Assembly (NCBI RefSeq): GCF_006345805.1 | Contig: NC_043005.1 | Span: forward strand, 93,372,001 to 93,436,000 | Length of the DNA: 64,000 nt | Source: Octopus sinensis | Taxonomy: Eukaryota | Direction of reading: 5' to 3' | Part shown: piece by piece, positions 1-14,330 of the stretch | Layout of the letters: each line of letters begins with the position of its first letter | How positions within the stretch are numbered: the stretch's first letter is position 1 | Translations under genes and position numbers: made by a program | Notes under the pieces: generated by a model | What the model was told of the DNA's origin: nothing | What the model saw: only the letters and a program-made list of their open reading frames with translations | The model's database searches: none

Positions 1-28
1 TATATATATATATATGTATATATATATG

Positions 29-59
<31 letters not shown>

Positions 60-71
60 TATATATATATG

Positions 72-104
<33 letters not shown>

Positions 105-156
105 GTATATATATTATGTATATACATATATATATGTATATATACATATATATATG

Positions 157-196
<40 letters not shown>

Positions 197-240
197 TAAT
201 GTATATATATATAGTATATATATATATGTATATATATATG

Positions 241-271
<31 letters not shown>

Positions 272-304
272 GTATATATATATATGTATATACATATATA
301 TATG

Positions 305-369
<65 letters not shown>

Positions 370-483
370 ATATATGTGTGTGTGTATATATATGTATGTA
401 TATATATATATGTGTATATATATGTATGTATATATATATATGTGTATATATACATATATGTATATATATATATTTATATATAT
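1..483. repeat. (TA)n/(TATATG)n microsatellite tract
   Basis: Near-continuous TA dinucleotide with interspersed TG; source of the Y/I-only ORFs. Confidence 0.97.
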
Positions 484-2595
484 AAATCCTTAAATCCTTA
501 AAAATGTTTTAGCCCGAAGGCCGCGGCCATGCTGGGGCACCACCGCTGAATGAGCTACACTAGTTTGTGAATCCACCTTTGATACGTGGCACTTGATCAA
601 CAAGGGAGTTCGATGCTGCTGCCCGCATCCGTGTCTCCTGTCATGAGGTAGGTTCATCTGGGACTCCCAACAAGAAGAGATCCAGTTTAGTTTTAAAGAA
701 ACCCACATCCACACCATGTAAGTCTCTCAGGCATTTAGGGAGGATGTTAAAGAGCTGTGGTCCTCTGAAACCCAAGCTGTTGCAGTATCTGGACCTGTAT
801 TTTGATGGTGATGTTGGAATCCTTGGCACCACGCAGCGGCGCCCCATTCTGCGGTTGGAGTAACTTTGAATGCCAAAGTTTGGGACAAGACCCTCCAGGA
901 TTTTCCAGATGTATATCACTGCATATCTCTCCCACGCCTCCGCCTCCAGGGAGAAGAGGTTTAATACCTTCAGTCTTTCCCAGTAGCTGACATTTTGCAT
1001 TGAGACGATTTTCTTTGTGTAGCTTCTCTGAGTTGCTTCGAGTTCTGCTGTTTGTTTTATATTGTGTGGTGACCAAAGTTGGGAGCAGTAGTCCAAGCGG
1101 CTGAGGACGAATGTTTTCCATAGGACCATCAGTGTCTCCTTCTCTCTTGTTCTGAAAGTTCGGAGAATCCATCCAGCTAGCCGTCTGCATTTTATCACCA
1201 GATTGGCAATATGCATTTGGAAATGCATCATTGCTCATGTCAATGCCCAGGTAACGCACTGATTTTGACTCAGGGATTGCAATTCTTCCTGGGCCAGTGT
1301 ATCCAGTCTTCACGTCATTTACCTTTGTGTGCCAGTAGCGCAGGGCCTGGAACTTACCTGCATTAAACTGCATGTTGTTGTCCTCAGCCCACCTGTATAT
1401 TGTGTCCAGCTCATGTTGCAGATGCGCAATATTTTCAGGGTTCTGTATTGCGTGGGAGACCTTTGTGTCATCTGCATAGCTAGCAAGGGTGGTCATCGTA
1501 GCAACTGAAGGCATGTCTGAAAGGGCCACTATGAACATCAGTGGCCCCAAGACAGTGCCCTGTGGGACACCGCTTGTTATTTGCGTTTCCTTGGAGGTGG
1601 CTCCATTGCTCACAACTGCCTGTTTTCTGTCTTTTAGGAAGTTGTGCAGCCACTCTCCAAGTTTTCCGCCTATGCCGAGACCACGCAGTTTGTGACAGAT
1701 CATACCATGGTCGACTTTATCAAAGGCTTTTGCAAAGTCAAGATATATTACATCCACATTTGAGCCATTTAGTAGCTGTTTCAACACCCAGTCATAGTGT
1801 TGCAGGAGCTGTGTTAGGCAGCCTCTACCTGGTCGAAATCCATGCTGGGTGTCAAACAGTAAGTCATTTTCTTCAAGGAACATGATTAGTTTCTTACGAA
1901 CTATTCGTTCCATGACTTTGCTGATGTGTGAGGTCAGAGAGATAGGCCTATAATTTTTAGCATCTGCTCTGCTACCTCCCTTATGGATAGGGCATATTAC
2001 CCCCTCTTTCAGTTTGACTGGGAGCTTACCACTTGCAAGAAAGCTCTGAAAAAGAAGCTGTAGCGGTTTTGCAAGGGCTCGTTTGCACGATTTGAGAAGG
2101 ATCGCTGGGAATCCATCAGGTCCAGCAGCTGAGTTTGTGTCAATCTCATCAATGGCTAGTGTGATCATCTTCTTCGATGTTGATGTACTCAATTTTTGTC
2201 TCTTTGGCCGCTGGTAAAGTGGCAAAGAATTCTTCTGGGTTGTTTACTTGCCTGTGTCCTAGAGGTGTAGTGAACACACTTTGGAACTGTTCGTTCAGTA
2301 TTTCACTTATCCTCGTGGGATTTCCTGTGAGAGAGCCATCTTTTTGGAAGAGAGGTCCTATTCTCTGGTGCACTGTGGCTTTCTCTTTGGCAAACTTAAA
2401 GAAAGCTTTAGGGTTTGATTTTATATTTTCTATTACCCAAGCTTCTTTATCTGCTCTCTCCTTTTCATGGGACTGATGTAGACTTTTCTCAGTTTCCATT
2501 AGCATTCTTTCGAGCCGAGACTTCTCACCACTTTTGGTGTGCTTGCTCAGGCGGTTTGCAATCCTTGTCCGTCGTCTCATAAGAATCCTCCTTTC
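484..2595 (-). mobile_element. 5'-truncated CR1/L2-group LINE, ORF2 (RT and C-terminus) with two frameshifts
   Basis: ORFs 2149..2580, 747..2225 and 641..1231 join into an RT: NYRPISLTS, QHGFRPGR, YLDFAKAFDKV, SGVPQGTVLGP, YADD (about 1468-1479), then WKTFVLSRLDYCSQLWSP. 3' end is GGTGCCCCAGCATGGCCGC, a stem-loop and a short (TAAGGATT) tail. The 5' end stops at a (TA)n tract. Confidence 0.93.
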
Positions 2596-2597
2596 TC

Positions 2598-2707
<110 letters not shown>

Positions 2708-2790
2708 GGTCCCGGGTTGATTCGGGGTTAACCACAGTAAATAAGGTACTCAATACATAGCAGAGTAAAATTAATTTATTATATAGAAGG

Positions 2791-2841
2791 AGCTTCTACA
2801 GGACTAGAACTGTTTCATTCAAGAGAAATCTTCAGGAAGCT
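2791..2841 (-). ncRNA. Minimal type I hammerhead ribozyme in a Penelope-like terminal fragment
   Basis: Minus strand: AGCTTC-CTGAAGA-T[TTC tctt GAA]T-GAAA-[CAG ttctagtc CTG]-TA-GAAGCT. 6-bp stem I, full core, GUA triplet; U-U mismatch at the base of stem II. Confidence 0.75.
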
Positions 2842-3099
2842 AGTTAACAAGAATTGTATTGGCATTTATACATTTAGGCAGGTTTAACGGGGTGTTGGAG
2901 GGGGACTTTTTTGGGGGTCGGCATACCGCAAAATATCATACTTGGGGGAGTGGTCAAGGAGTCAGTGTTAAATTAGATAGAAGAATAAATAAAAATAAAA
3001 AAATAAAATAAAAAAATAAAAAAACCTATATATAAAAACCTATATATAAAAAAAGGGGGAATAGAGTTTTAGGTAAATAAGGAGATTCTCACTTATACC

Positions 3100-3555
3100 T
3101 ATGCACACATGTATACATACATACACACACATACAAACATATATACATATACATACACACATACATACACACACATATATATACATATATATACACTTAC
3201 CCATACACATACATATACATATCTACACATACACATATATGTATACATACACACACTCACATGCATACACGTATACACACATGTATATATACACACACGA
3301 CCTCACATACATATACGCACAGAAAAATATATATACACATACACACACATACTCACATACACGCATACACACACATATCCACACACACACATGCACACAC
3401 AGCACACTAGTCCCTATATACACATATATACACATACACACACATATACACACACATATACACACACATACATACATATACATACATGTATATATATACA
3501 TATGTGTACCTATGCAAACCTACACATACACACATATATATACACATACAAATAC
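3100..3555. repeat. Compound (CA)n/(TA)n low-complexity tract
   Basis: Mixed ACAT/ACAC/ATAT repeats. Confidence 0.9.
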
Positions 3556-3625
3556 AGACCCATTCCCTAATTTTAATTTTATTATCTTCGTTTATTACTT
3601 TTGTTATCTTTGGCCGCTTGGTCAC

Positions 3626-4213
3626 AACATCTTGGCTATGACAGCCAGTCCATTTATCTGTCTACTGGAAAACAAGCACTCATTCACTCACGCACACTCT
3701 TTAGCACGTACTCTCACTCATTCGTACACTCATACACATACACGCACGCACGCGTTATATTCATACATACATCCATCTACATACATTCACGTATATACAC
3801 ATACGTACGCGTACCTACAGATTTATGTCTACACTCTTAGAAGGCTAGTCTATATATATACACCAATAAATGTAAATACACACACATACATATACACCTA
3901 CATACAAATACATACATGTATATATATATATATATATACAGGTGTATATGTATGTGTGTGTATTTACATTTATTGGTGTATATATATAGACTAGCCTTCT
4001 AAGAGTGTAGACATAAATCTGTAGGTACGCGTACGTATGTGTATATACGTGAATGTATGTAGATGGATGTATGTATGAATATAACGCGTGCGTGCGTGTA
4101 TGTGTATGAGTGTACGAATGAGTGAGAGTACGTGCTAAAGAGTGTGCGTGAGTGAATGAGTGCTTGTTTTCCAGTAGACAGATAAATGGACTGGCTGTCA
4201 TAGCCAAGATGTT
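3626..4213. repeat. Long inverted duplication: 274-bp arms, 40-bp spacer
   Basis: 3626-3899 is the reverse complement of 3940-4213. The ORF track gives the same peptide (DSQSIYLSTGKQ...DLCLHS) on + 3601..3840 and - 3999..4235. Confidence 0.92.
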
Positions 4214-5405
4214 TGAACTTAAGGAAACACAACAATGAACATCACTGTTTGAAATGGAGGTTTTACTACTTTGCTTGAAGAACTAAATTTCAGTTTAAAA
4301 CATACAAACCGGCGATGCACTGTGGAAATTTATGATTATTATCAAATAGCGTAGAAAAAAAAATATTATGGTAGTGTTTTTTTAAAATTCAATCGACGTA
4401 AAGTGGCCAGTTGTTGAAGCCCTTAAAAAAGAAATGACTGATGTAGGGTTTTCCTCTTTGTCCTCATAACAAAAGAGAAACTGTGCCTACAAAGAATCGA
4501 AGTAGTTTATTATTTATTAGTCTATAAATGTTTAATTCTGGAAAACAGGAACCTTCACCAGAGGCACTCCGTTCTGTTGCAATAACAGATACGTGCAAAC
4601 GAAAATTTAAAAATAATGAGATGTATGCCATAATTTTATGCCACATTTTAAAGAAATAAATTCATCAAACTGAAAAGGAGTGTGCTTTCAAATTGACTCC
4701 GTTTAGGGTTTGTAAATTGTCGTTACTTCATGAGAATTAACAATAACGAGATGGAGCAGAGAGAATATATTAGCGGTATAAGGGAAGTAACTCCATCTGG
4801 ACTATTAACACTTCGGCAAATAAGGCCGTAAACGGATTTACATTTCAAAAATATATTTACCAAGTCGTTCTGCCTGTTCGTCTCCTAACAAATATGATGT
4901 TAATTCAGCAGATCTCAACTTTTTATAGTCTAGTGTCCCCTTTCACCAAATGGTGGTTTACAAACTGCCCCCCCTCTTTCTATGAGGGGACAGGAGTTTA
5001 TTTTGCACTGAGGGACATAATCAAATGTTCTTCGATACCACTTTTTAGACATTTTCGCAGTGTCCCCTACGCTAGATTTTTACTAGATTTTACGAAAGCC
5101 AAGGGCTGTTATAATTGTTTCTGATATAGACACAAGGCTACTTTGAGGTGAAAAGGTTGGTCGACGCCATCGACCCCAGTACTTCACTGGTATACTTTAT
5201 CGACACCGGTGGAGGATATGCAAAGCTGACTTTGAAGGGATTGCAAATCAGAATGTATTGGAACAAATACTGGCAGGATCGATTTTTTCCTATCGATCCC
5301 GCCAGTTCTCCCCTTTAATGCTGACCATGGAACACTTCCGCTTTTTCTGCTCACTGGCAACACAATGTCCTACTCCTATTTTCATTCAGAAAAATGTGTT
5401 AAATA

Positions 5406-5760
5406 CGACACGTGCTATGGAAAAGTTCCCGGACTAGCTGGTCAACAAATGGCAGCTCGTGGTTGCATGCACAGTATGAGCTAGCAATGACCTTCAGGAG
5501 GCAGTGGGCTGAGTGACATTGCTGTTTACTTTGCAAGTTGTGAAATTTGTGTCTTTGTGATCACATGTGAATGCTGTAGTCTGTGATTTTGTCAGAGACA
5601 GGAACGAGGAACCAACGCGAAATTTTGCATTAAACTTGTGAAGTCTACTACAAAAACATTAAGCTTGCTTCGTCAAGCTTACAGCGACGAGGCAAAGGGC
5701 GCTTCAAAAACGGAATAATGTCCCTGGAAGGCGATGAGCGATCTGGAAGACGTGTCGCGA
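5406..5760 (+). mobile_element. Mariner 5' fragment (TIR and decayed transposase N-terminus)
   Basis: TA followed by TIR-like CGACACGTGCTATGGAAAAGTTCCCGGAC; decayed HTH sequence resembling KFCIKL...LLRQAY.DEA...SLEGDERSGR. Confidence 0.7.
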
Positions 5761-6230
5761 GTGTCACCCCTGGAAATGTGGTTTTGTGCATCAAGAATTC
5801 GTCCCCCCCCCCCAGGGCCCGAGAGTTTTGAAGCGTTTGACATTCAGCGAAAGCGACCCCAGATCTGTGGAGCTCTAATAATTCCGCTAATTCGTTATCA
5901 TTTAGAGAAAAAGAAAAAAGTTACTAAAACAAAACAATTATTACGATCTTCGCTGAGAAGAAAATTCATCGAATTTCCAGTTTTATTATTTTTAAAAATA
6001 GAAATGAAGATTTTAAAATCATTATTGAAGATTTCAAATACACGCCAATCAGATGGCAGAATTCTATCCACTGCGACATGCCTTCTTCCACGTCTTACAT
6101 TCTATTCTTTTCCTTACACTGCTTCCGTCTTTTTTTATTCCAACACTTCCTCCATTCGTCTCCATTTGTGAAAATTTTTACATCATATCAAAGTCTCATT
6201 TGGTTATACACAAATGTGTATCACACAATA

Positions 6231-7503
6231 CACGAGGAGGGGTGCAGAAAAGTTCCCGGCTTAAAGGGTATCGCAAAAAGGTAGAACTGTTACCTTTACA
6301 GGAGAGATAGGACAACTATCTAGATGATATGCAAAAAATCATGATGGTATACAATATATATTTCCCTTTTCTGCGGATTTAATGTATAATGGCAGCTCCA
6401 GCAGTGGATTTTGGTAATATTGAAGCACGGGCGATCATGAAGCTCCTCTTTTTGGAAGGTAAAGGAGCAGCAGAATTCCATGGCGAAGTAAAGGAAGTCT
6501 TGAAGGATGGCTTCCCATCTTACTCCACAGTGAAAAATCTGGGTATCAAGGTTTCGGACTGGTCATTTCGAAGTCATAGATGAACCCTGGTCAGGACAAC
6601 TAGCTTTCGCGACCACGGAGGACAAAGCCGACGCTATGCATGTCATGATTCTCGAGGACTGCCGGATTTCAGTGAAATTCATAGCCGAGACTCTGGGGAT
6701 TTCCTGCGAAAGAGTTACACACACCATCCACAAAAGTCTGGAAATTAGAAAGCTTTCCGCAAAATGCGTCCCGAAATGCCTGAATGCAAATCAGAAGCAC
6801 GTCAAAGTGACATCAAAGGTGATTTTAAACCGGTTTGTAGTGGGAGAAGCCGGTTTTATGGCTCGTTTAGTCATCATGGATGAAACTTGGCTTTATCATT
6901 AGGATCTGCAGACCAAACAGCATTCAATGAAGTGGTGCTACAGCGGCACCGCGCCCCAACAAGTTTCGGACCCAGAAGTCAGCTGGAAAGATCCTGGCTC
7001 CAGTGTTCTAAGACAAAGACATAAAATACCTGCCAAAGGATCGCATCATCAACGCAGAAGGCTAAATGTCTCTATCAGACGAACTGCATGAAACTTTGAT
7101 GCAGTAACGCTGTGTAAAGCTGAGTATGACGTTGAGTTCTTTCAAGGCAGTATACACACAGTACTTGAAATTCGACGGAAAATACCTGACTTTGGCTTCG
7201 GATTGGCACACCACCCACCATACTGTCCTCATTGAGCCTCCTCCAACTATCACCTCTTTCCACAAATGATTAAACACCTCAAGGTAATGAAATATCACTC
7301 CGATTTGGAAATGATCGCTGCTACACAGGCCTGCTTGTAGGCCCAACCTTCCGAGCCCTTTTTTTTACAGGGCTTAGAAAAACTGAAGGAACACTGTAAT
7401 AAGTGTGTGAATCTGAGAGGGGAATATGTTGAATAAAATCATAATTAACTGATCCTCCTGTGTTTCTCTTTTAACCAAAGCCAGAAAATTTTCAGTACCC
7501 CTC

Positions 7504-7505
<2 letters not shown>
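6231..7505 (+). mobile_element. Full-length but inactivated mariner element
   Basis: Imperfect TIRs (CACGAGGAGGGTGCAGAAAAGTTCCCGGCTT versus AAGCCAGAAAATTTTCAGTACCCCTCAT) flanked by TA. Transposase fragments 6389..6583 and 6636..6902 include RKLSAKCVPK (WVPK-like) and MDETW; stops and frameshifts present. Confidence 0.88.
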
Positions 7506-7598
<93 letters not shown>

Positions 7599-7710
7599 CA
7601 TACATATACATATATATATATATATACATATATATACACATATACATATATATACACATGCACATATATATACACATATACATATATATATCTACACACA
7701 CACAGAGAAG
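7506..7710. repeat. (TA)n/(TACA)n microsatellite
   Basis: Direct inspection. Confidence 0.95.
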
Positions 7711-7860
7711 AAAATGGATATAATAAAATTGGGAAACTCGTGGTTTTCGCTGGTATGTCTTTAATTACTTAGATAACAGTACATATACACATATATACAT
7801 ATACACATGTACACACACATATACATATACGTATGTATGTATATATACATATATACATAT

Positions 7861-8832
7861 TGTTACGAAACCTGCCGTCGCTCAAACTCGAACCCGAGAC
7901 CCTACTAAGTCGAGCGACGACGATTGACCAGCTCAGTCGAACGGAATCCGCCACACAGAGAGAAACGGTGGTGGGGGGTGGCAGCGAACTCGAACCGGCG
8001 ACCGGAGATAACAACAACAACAACAGCAGGAAGAGATAGAGAGACGGCGGAGGCAATTGGTTACATTTAAGAACAGTTTATACGACTATTACGACATCAA
8101 ATAAAATGTGATACATAGCAGATACATTAAAGAAAATAACATGCAACAGAATTAAAAAGAAAGACAACAAAATCGAAGGCATGCATGATACAGAACGTCC
8201 GAAGCAATCAAAACAAATGTTCAGCGCAATACAGTTCGAATCAATGTTCTACATTAAAGTCTTTCTCTTTCTTTCTTTTTCTCTTTAACACAATTCATAA
8301 TGTTCTTTTTAATCTCATTTCTTTTCTTCCTCTTTTCCTTCTCTTTTTTTTTTTAGCACAATTCTTTTTTTTTTTCAACACAGTTCACAATTTAAACATA
8401 AACAAAACATACCGTTACATTTTCTAATTACAAACTCCTACTATACAGCAATCCATGCCCTCACGCCGCAATCTCCCTCACCTCCTCAATCCTCTGTGTA
8501 TGTCTTTCTCAACGTTGTCGTTGCCTCTCTCCATCCCCGCCTTCTTGGCTGATAGTCCGTATCACTGCTGTCTTTTGCCAATTCACTGTCTTAGGCAGAA
8601 CTGACCTGTTGCCATCTTACTGTCTCAGGCAGAACTGACCAACAAACCCGGTTCGTCGCATTTTAAAGGGTGGTTTCTTAAACTTTCCCTGACCGGAAAA
8701 AGGGTCAGATGTCTCTTCCAAGCCCATTAATCTCTCCAGAAACCGACAGGACAAGGGCTTTATCCGTCTGCCTGGCGCCAAACCACGAAACCAGGCCACA
8801 AGCACTCTGTTTCTCAACTGACCTCCATATCA
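7861..8832. mobile_element. Solo-LTR-like element (972 bp) with ATAT target-site duplication
   Basis: Starts TGTTACG, ends CATATCA; ATAT at 7857-7860 and 8833-8836; no coding capacity. Loosely similar in inverted orientation to 40188-41291. Confidence 0.6.
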
Positions 8833-8872
8833 ATATGTATAAATGTATGTGTATGTGTATATATATATATAT

Positions 8873-9211
8873 TCGGAGACCCCCTTCGGTCACGACACAG
8901 ACCATGGGATTGCACCTAGAAAGTTACCCTCCTAGACACAAGTCCGGGCGAGGTTGTTTATGGAAGACCAGCAGTTGCCCATGCATACCAGCCTCCCCTC
9001 TCCACGCCACCAGTGTTACCCAAGGGAAAGACAAAGGTCGATACAGCTTGGCACCAGTGACGTCGCAACTCATTTCTACAGCTGAGTGAACTGGAGCAAC
9101 GTGAAATAAAGTGCCTTGCTCAAGAACACAACGCGCAGCCCGGTCCGGGATTCGAGCTCACAACCTCACGATCGTAAGCTCGACGCTCCAACCACTGAGC
9201 CATGCGCCTTC
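8873..9211 (-). mobile_element. tRNA-derived SINE with Deu/Nin-like central domain
   Basis: Minus strand: A box TGGCTCAGTGG, B box-like GAGCTCGAATCC, then GTGTTCTTGAGCAAGGCACTTTATTTC...CACTCAGCTGTAGAAATG. Confidence 0.85.
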
Positions 9212-9610
<399 letters not shown>

Positions 9611-10293
9611 ACAATTATAAAGATATAAAATGAAGATATAAAATGCAAATATGAATATTAAACAAGGTACATATATACAAGAATATGCATATATGCATAT
9701 ATGCATATAAGTGTATATAAACCTACATATACATATATATAAGTATATACATAATAATATACATACACATAAGGTTACAGTTAATCAGATCTATATACTG
9801 GAATATACATATATATATATCCACATCAAAGTGTACATATATAAAGTCCAAAGTTCATTGTGTTACATTACTAAAAACTATTAATATTATTATTATTATT
9901 ATTATTAATACCAATAAAGGAATATGTGCATTCTGCTATTCACAATACATAGTAGATGGAAAATACCACATAAAATATAGTATAATATAATACAGTGTAA
10001 CACAACATAATAAAATGCAATATATTATATTACATATTAAATAATACAATACATAATATAGTGTAACATAAAATATAGACAGATGCATATGGGAGATGCA
10101 AGTAAATTAATTCAATAAAACAAAATAATGCAAAACAATATACAGTGTCACAATATACAATGTCATTACATTCATATATCATACAGTGAAAATCAAAAGT
10201 TTAGTCTAAATCTACATACATATATATACACACAGGTACCAAATACATCCACATGCATATACATACATGCGCAAAAACATCCATTAATACATA

Positions 10294-10690
10294 TCTTTAT
10301 ATATAAAAGTGAAGTTATGTGTCTGTCTCCTATGATTTAGATTCCTAACTACTCCCACATTTTGCGGTGCAGTTTAACCAAAAGCGGGTATCTTATAGTC
10401 GTGATTCATATCGAGCCCTTCTGGGTATTAGCGCGCGTCTACGATGAGTCTACGATTTATTAATAAATTTCCCATCATTTTTTCCCCATTTTTAATGCAT
10501 TTTTTTGGCTATAATATAAGGGAAGTAACTCTCTAAAAATGTATTATTAAATCTCAGAACGTAAAAAGCTACAGTAACACCCCCCTTTGTGGTTAACCAT
10601 ATTGAGATGGCTATTATACTTTACATCTCTAAAAATGCTTATATAGTTATTTCCCTTACAAACCCGAGCAACGCCGGGCGATACTACTAG
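10294..10690 (+). mobile_element. Non-autonomous Helitron (397 bp)
   Basis: A|TCTTTATATATAAAAG 5' end; 3' hairpin CCCGAGCAACGCCGGG, then CTAG|T at 10687-10691; inserted in an AT dinucleotide with no TSD. Confidence 0.85.
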
Positions 10691-12716
10691 TACATATATA
10701 AAAAGATATTATCCTTTTACATCATACAAAAAGTATATATGCATGTACATACATAGAGTTCGCAAATCAATAGGTGAATGATAGGTCTTAACGGGCTGAT
10801 AGATTATTTACAATTTCAAGTTCAATTCAATTGGTTGGCACATTTGAATTTCATTGTCTTAGTTACGGTTGGTTGGTTAAAATACACATACGTACATACA
10901 TACATATATGCGCACATACCCACGTACACATAGATAAACATAAGCACGTAAATACACACATACATACATACATACATACATACATATCCATATACATACA
11001 TATATACACATAAACATACACATACCCATAAACAGCCACTTACACATATATGTATATATATACATACACATACATACTAATAACTAAAAAAATAATATTA
11101 GAAACCAATAAAGTGAAAACTATGCTGATTCCTAATATGTGTTCAATAATGAATGCTTGAAAAAAGAGGTGGTTTACCAATGTATTGGTAATATCTGTAT
11201 ATTTTGATATATATATCTATATACTTTTTTTTTGATCCACATCAAATTTTCTACTGGTCTCGCACGTATACGTACACCATATCATATGCATTTAGTTTGG
11301 GACTTCGGTGTATTGATCTGTACTTAGTGTGGGTCTATATACTAAACACATGGTGTTCACCTTTAGATGCGTACGTGTGTATACATACACATGGGGGTAT
11401 ATGTAAGTGTGTACGTATATCTATTTTTCATGTAGGTCTTTCTATGAATCCACTTGGTGGTCTTCAATATTAAGTTCTTTTTATGTATATTTGTGCTTTT
11501 TAATTTTTTTATTTCTGTACTTTTTCATTTACTGACACTCGATAATTTATAACTTATAATTTATTATAACATATATATGTATATGTGTACATTTGTGTAT
11601 GTGTATGTGCATGTGTAGGCGTGCATCTATATCTGTATTTATGATTGTGCATGTATGTATGTCTGCGTATGTTTTGTATGTATATATGTATATATATGTA
11701 TATATATGTTTGCATGTATATTGGTGTAGTCATGCATATGTGTATGTATATGTTTTGTGTGTATGTGTATGTGTGTGTACATATGGATGTTTTATTTATG
11801 TCTATTTAAGGAGTGTGTTTGTATGTATGTGGATATATAGGTATGTCTATTCTAGTAGGGTGTATGTATGTATTTGAATGTATGTATACATGTATATATG
11901 TATAGGTGTGTGTGTATGTATAAATATATTTTTATATTTAGCTATGTAGCTATGTATATGTTTATATATATGTATGTATATATATGTTACTTATATGTAT
12001 GTATATTTATGTGTGGGTATATGGGTATATAAGCACATATGTATGAGTGTATATATGAATGTTCTTGTCTGTGTATACATGCTTATTTGTTTGTATATTG
12101 TATATGTATAGTATGCATATATGGGACTGTTTATAGGTCTGTATGCACGTGTGCATGGGGATCTTTATGTACGTATATGAGTGTATATATGTATGTGCAT
12201 ATATATATTTACTTATGTTCCTCTACCTATATTGGATTCAGATCTTTGTTGCATTTTACAGGTTTATTGGTATTGGGGTGGACTGTATATTTGTTTGTTT
12301 AGTTTTAACTAAGGATGTGGTCAGTCTCGAAATTGGTTTTGATCTAACTTATTTTTTTGCGAGGATATAAATTATATAAATTATATAACTTTTGATCAAT
12401 AATAAATCACCTATTATGTTTAGGGGTACATAGATATAATAATGAATAACCTCGGATTCATATTAAATAACCCCCTTATATTAGTATTAGCAAATGGATG
12501 TATAAATGTTTGGATAGGGATTAATACTGAATTACAATATGAGTAGTAACGTTTTTGAGTAACATTAAAACGGTATATTGATCTCTATAACTTCAACAAT
12601 AATAAACTCAAACTTGTAGATATTGATATATGGTCAGATACCTAATATATTGTTTTTATTACGGTATTTTATACAACTTAACTTTTGCAACGAGTTTAAA
12701 TGGAGCGGTTAAGTTG

Positions 12717-12776
<60 letters not shown>

Positions 12777-12815
12777 ATATGTGTGTGTGTTGTGTGTGTG
12801 TGTAATGTATATATA

Positions 12816-12864
<49 letters not shown>

Positions 12865-14235
12865 TATATATATAATTCCAAGATATTTAGAAGTTGTGAA
12901 TCCAACCAACTAAGGGATAATATCTACCCAATTATTAATACACAAGTGCTTTTTATTGCAATTAAAAAAGGGAGGAGGCAACTTTTCAAACTTAAAAGTA
13001 GAAGTATAAAAAAAGAACAAAACGTTTTCCACTTTGAAAAATTAAAATTTATTTTATTGTTTATTATTGTTTATATTTTGAATTACATGTATATGGGGGG
13101 GTATTGAAATCTTTTAATTGCTTATGACCTCTATGGGTCTCAATCCAGCCCTGTCTCTCCCCTCTGTCTCTCTCTCCCCACCTCAACTTCAGCTGAGTCT
13201 CTGAGGGATCCACAAGAAAGCCCCAGTAAGATCGATAACAGCTGGACGGGATTTCAAGATGACTAAGGAATCGAACTTTAACAATCACCGTTGTCTCATC
13301 TCAAACCAGTTTAACACTTAGACGAAGAGTAATATTCCAAACTGGGATCGATAAAACAATTTATCAAACGATAAAATATTGCAATCAAAATTTAATTAGT
13401 TTCAATTAGCATTCACTAAAATAAATGAAACGCTCATCCGCACGCATATGCACACACTCACACACACAAATAGAAAATATAATTTGTTTAATCAATTTAT
13501 AGATTTTCAATTTCAAATTTTCTTGGATCTTTCAAATAATCGTACAGCTTTGATGTTTTTCCTCCAAAAGAAATAAGCATAGCAACGGTATTTCATAATC
13601 ACTTGTGAGACGGTCGATTGTTGATAACATCTGAGAAATATAAAACTATAAGGTGGATAATTTTAACAGACAAGATAACTTAGGAATGATGACCTAAAAC
13701 CTTAAATGTTCTTTTCATTAATTTATGAAATAGCTTTACAACTGTGACCAAAGATCAAAACAAAGCAACGGCGAAGCTTCTAGAAGAAAAATGGCGGCGA
13801 AGTCACCTTCAGATCATATTCTACTTACGGTAGCTTTTGTGTACTTACAGTTCGGTTTTACACACACACAAAATGGTTGACCCAAATGCCTTTCGTTGAG
13901 CCGAACCAAGAATGACAACTGTGTGAGAAATTAATTAAATTGAGATACATCACGAGAAAATTTGATAGTTAGTCCAGTGAAAATTTCATGAAGAGAACGA
14001 GGCAGCTTGACCGATGAATCTATAAACTGTCAGTGTTTGGTCGGATGAGCTGTGTCCTTCAATCTGGAACAAAAACGTTGGCAGGTCAGCTTATTAGATG
14101 GACGTACTAAAATTACAACAATCCAGAACAGTTGGAACTGTTTCTCCTTAAAAAGGTCTAAAAACTTCTAAAATACACCTCGTATGTCTGTAATACACTC
14201 TACATACATTTAAATTAGACATACAAGTAAGTTCT

Positions 14236-14330
14236 TTCATAGTCATTAGACTGCGGCCATGCTGGATCACGCCTTGTAGGGTTTGTCGAACAAATCGACT
14301 CAAGTACTTTTTGTTTATAAAGTCTGATAA
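14236..14330 (-). mobile_element. SINE 3' portion with CR1-like tail
   Basis: Minus strand GAGTCGATTTGTTCGAC...CCAGCATGGCCGCAGTCTAATGACT. Confidence 0.7.

Noticed and set aside
14-501. Many 60-300 aa ORFs rich in Y/I/M/C/V/H/T here and at about 3100, 9200, 39500, 47550 and 57000
   Set aside because: Translations of TA/TG/TATG microsatellites; no coding signal.
5269-5306. 15-bp imperfect hairpin ACTGGCAGGATCGAT/ATCGATCCCGCCAGT
   Set aside because: Short, adjacent to a SINE relic and probably derived from its GATCGA-type internal repeats; no further support.
5734-6171. 145-aa ORF between two mariner relics
   Set aside because: Starts in out-of-frame mariner sequence and continues through low-complexity DNA with no recognisable domain.
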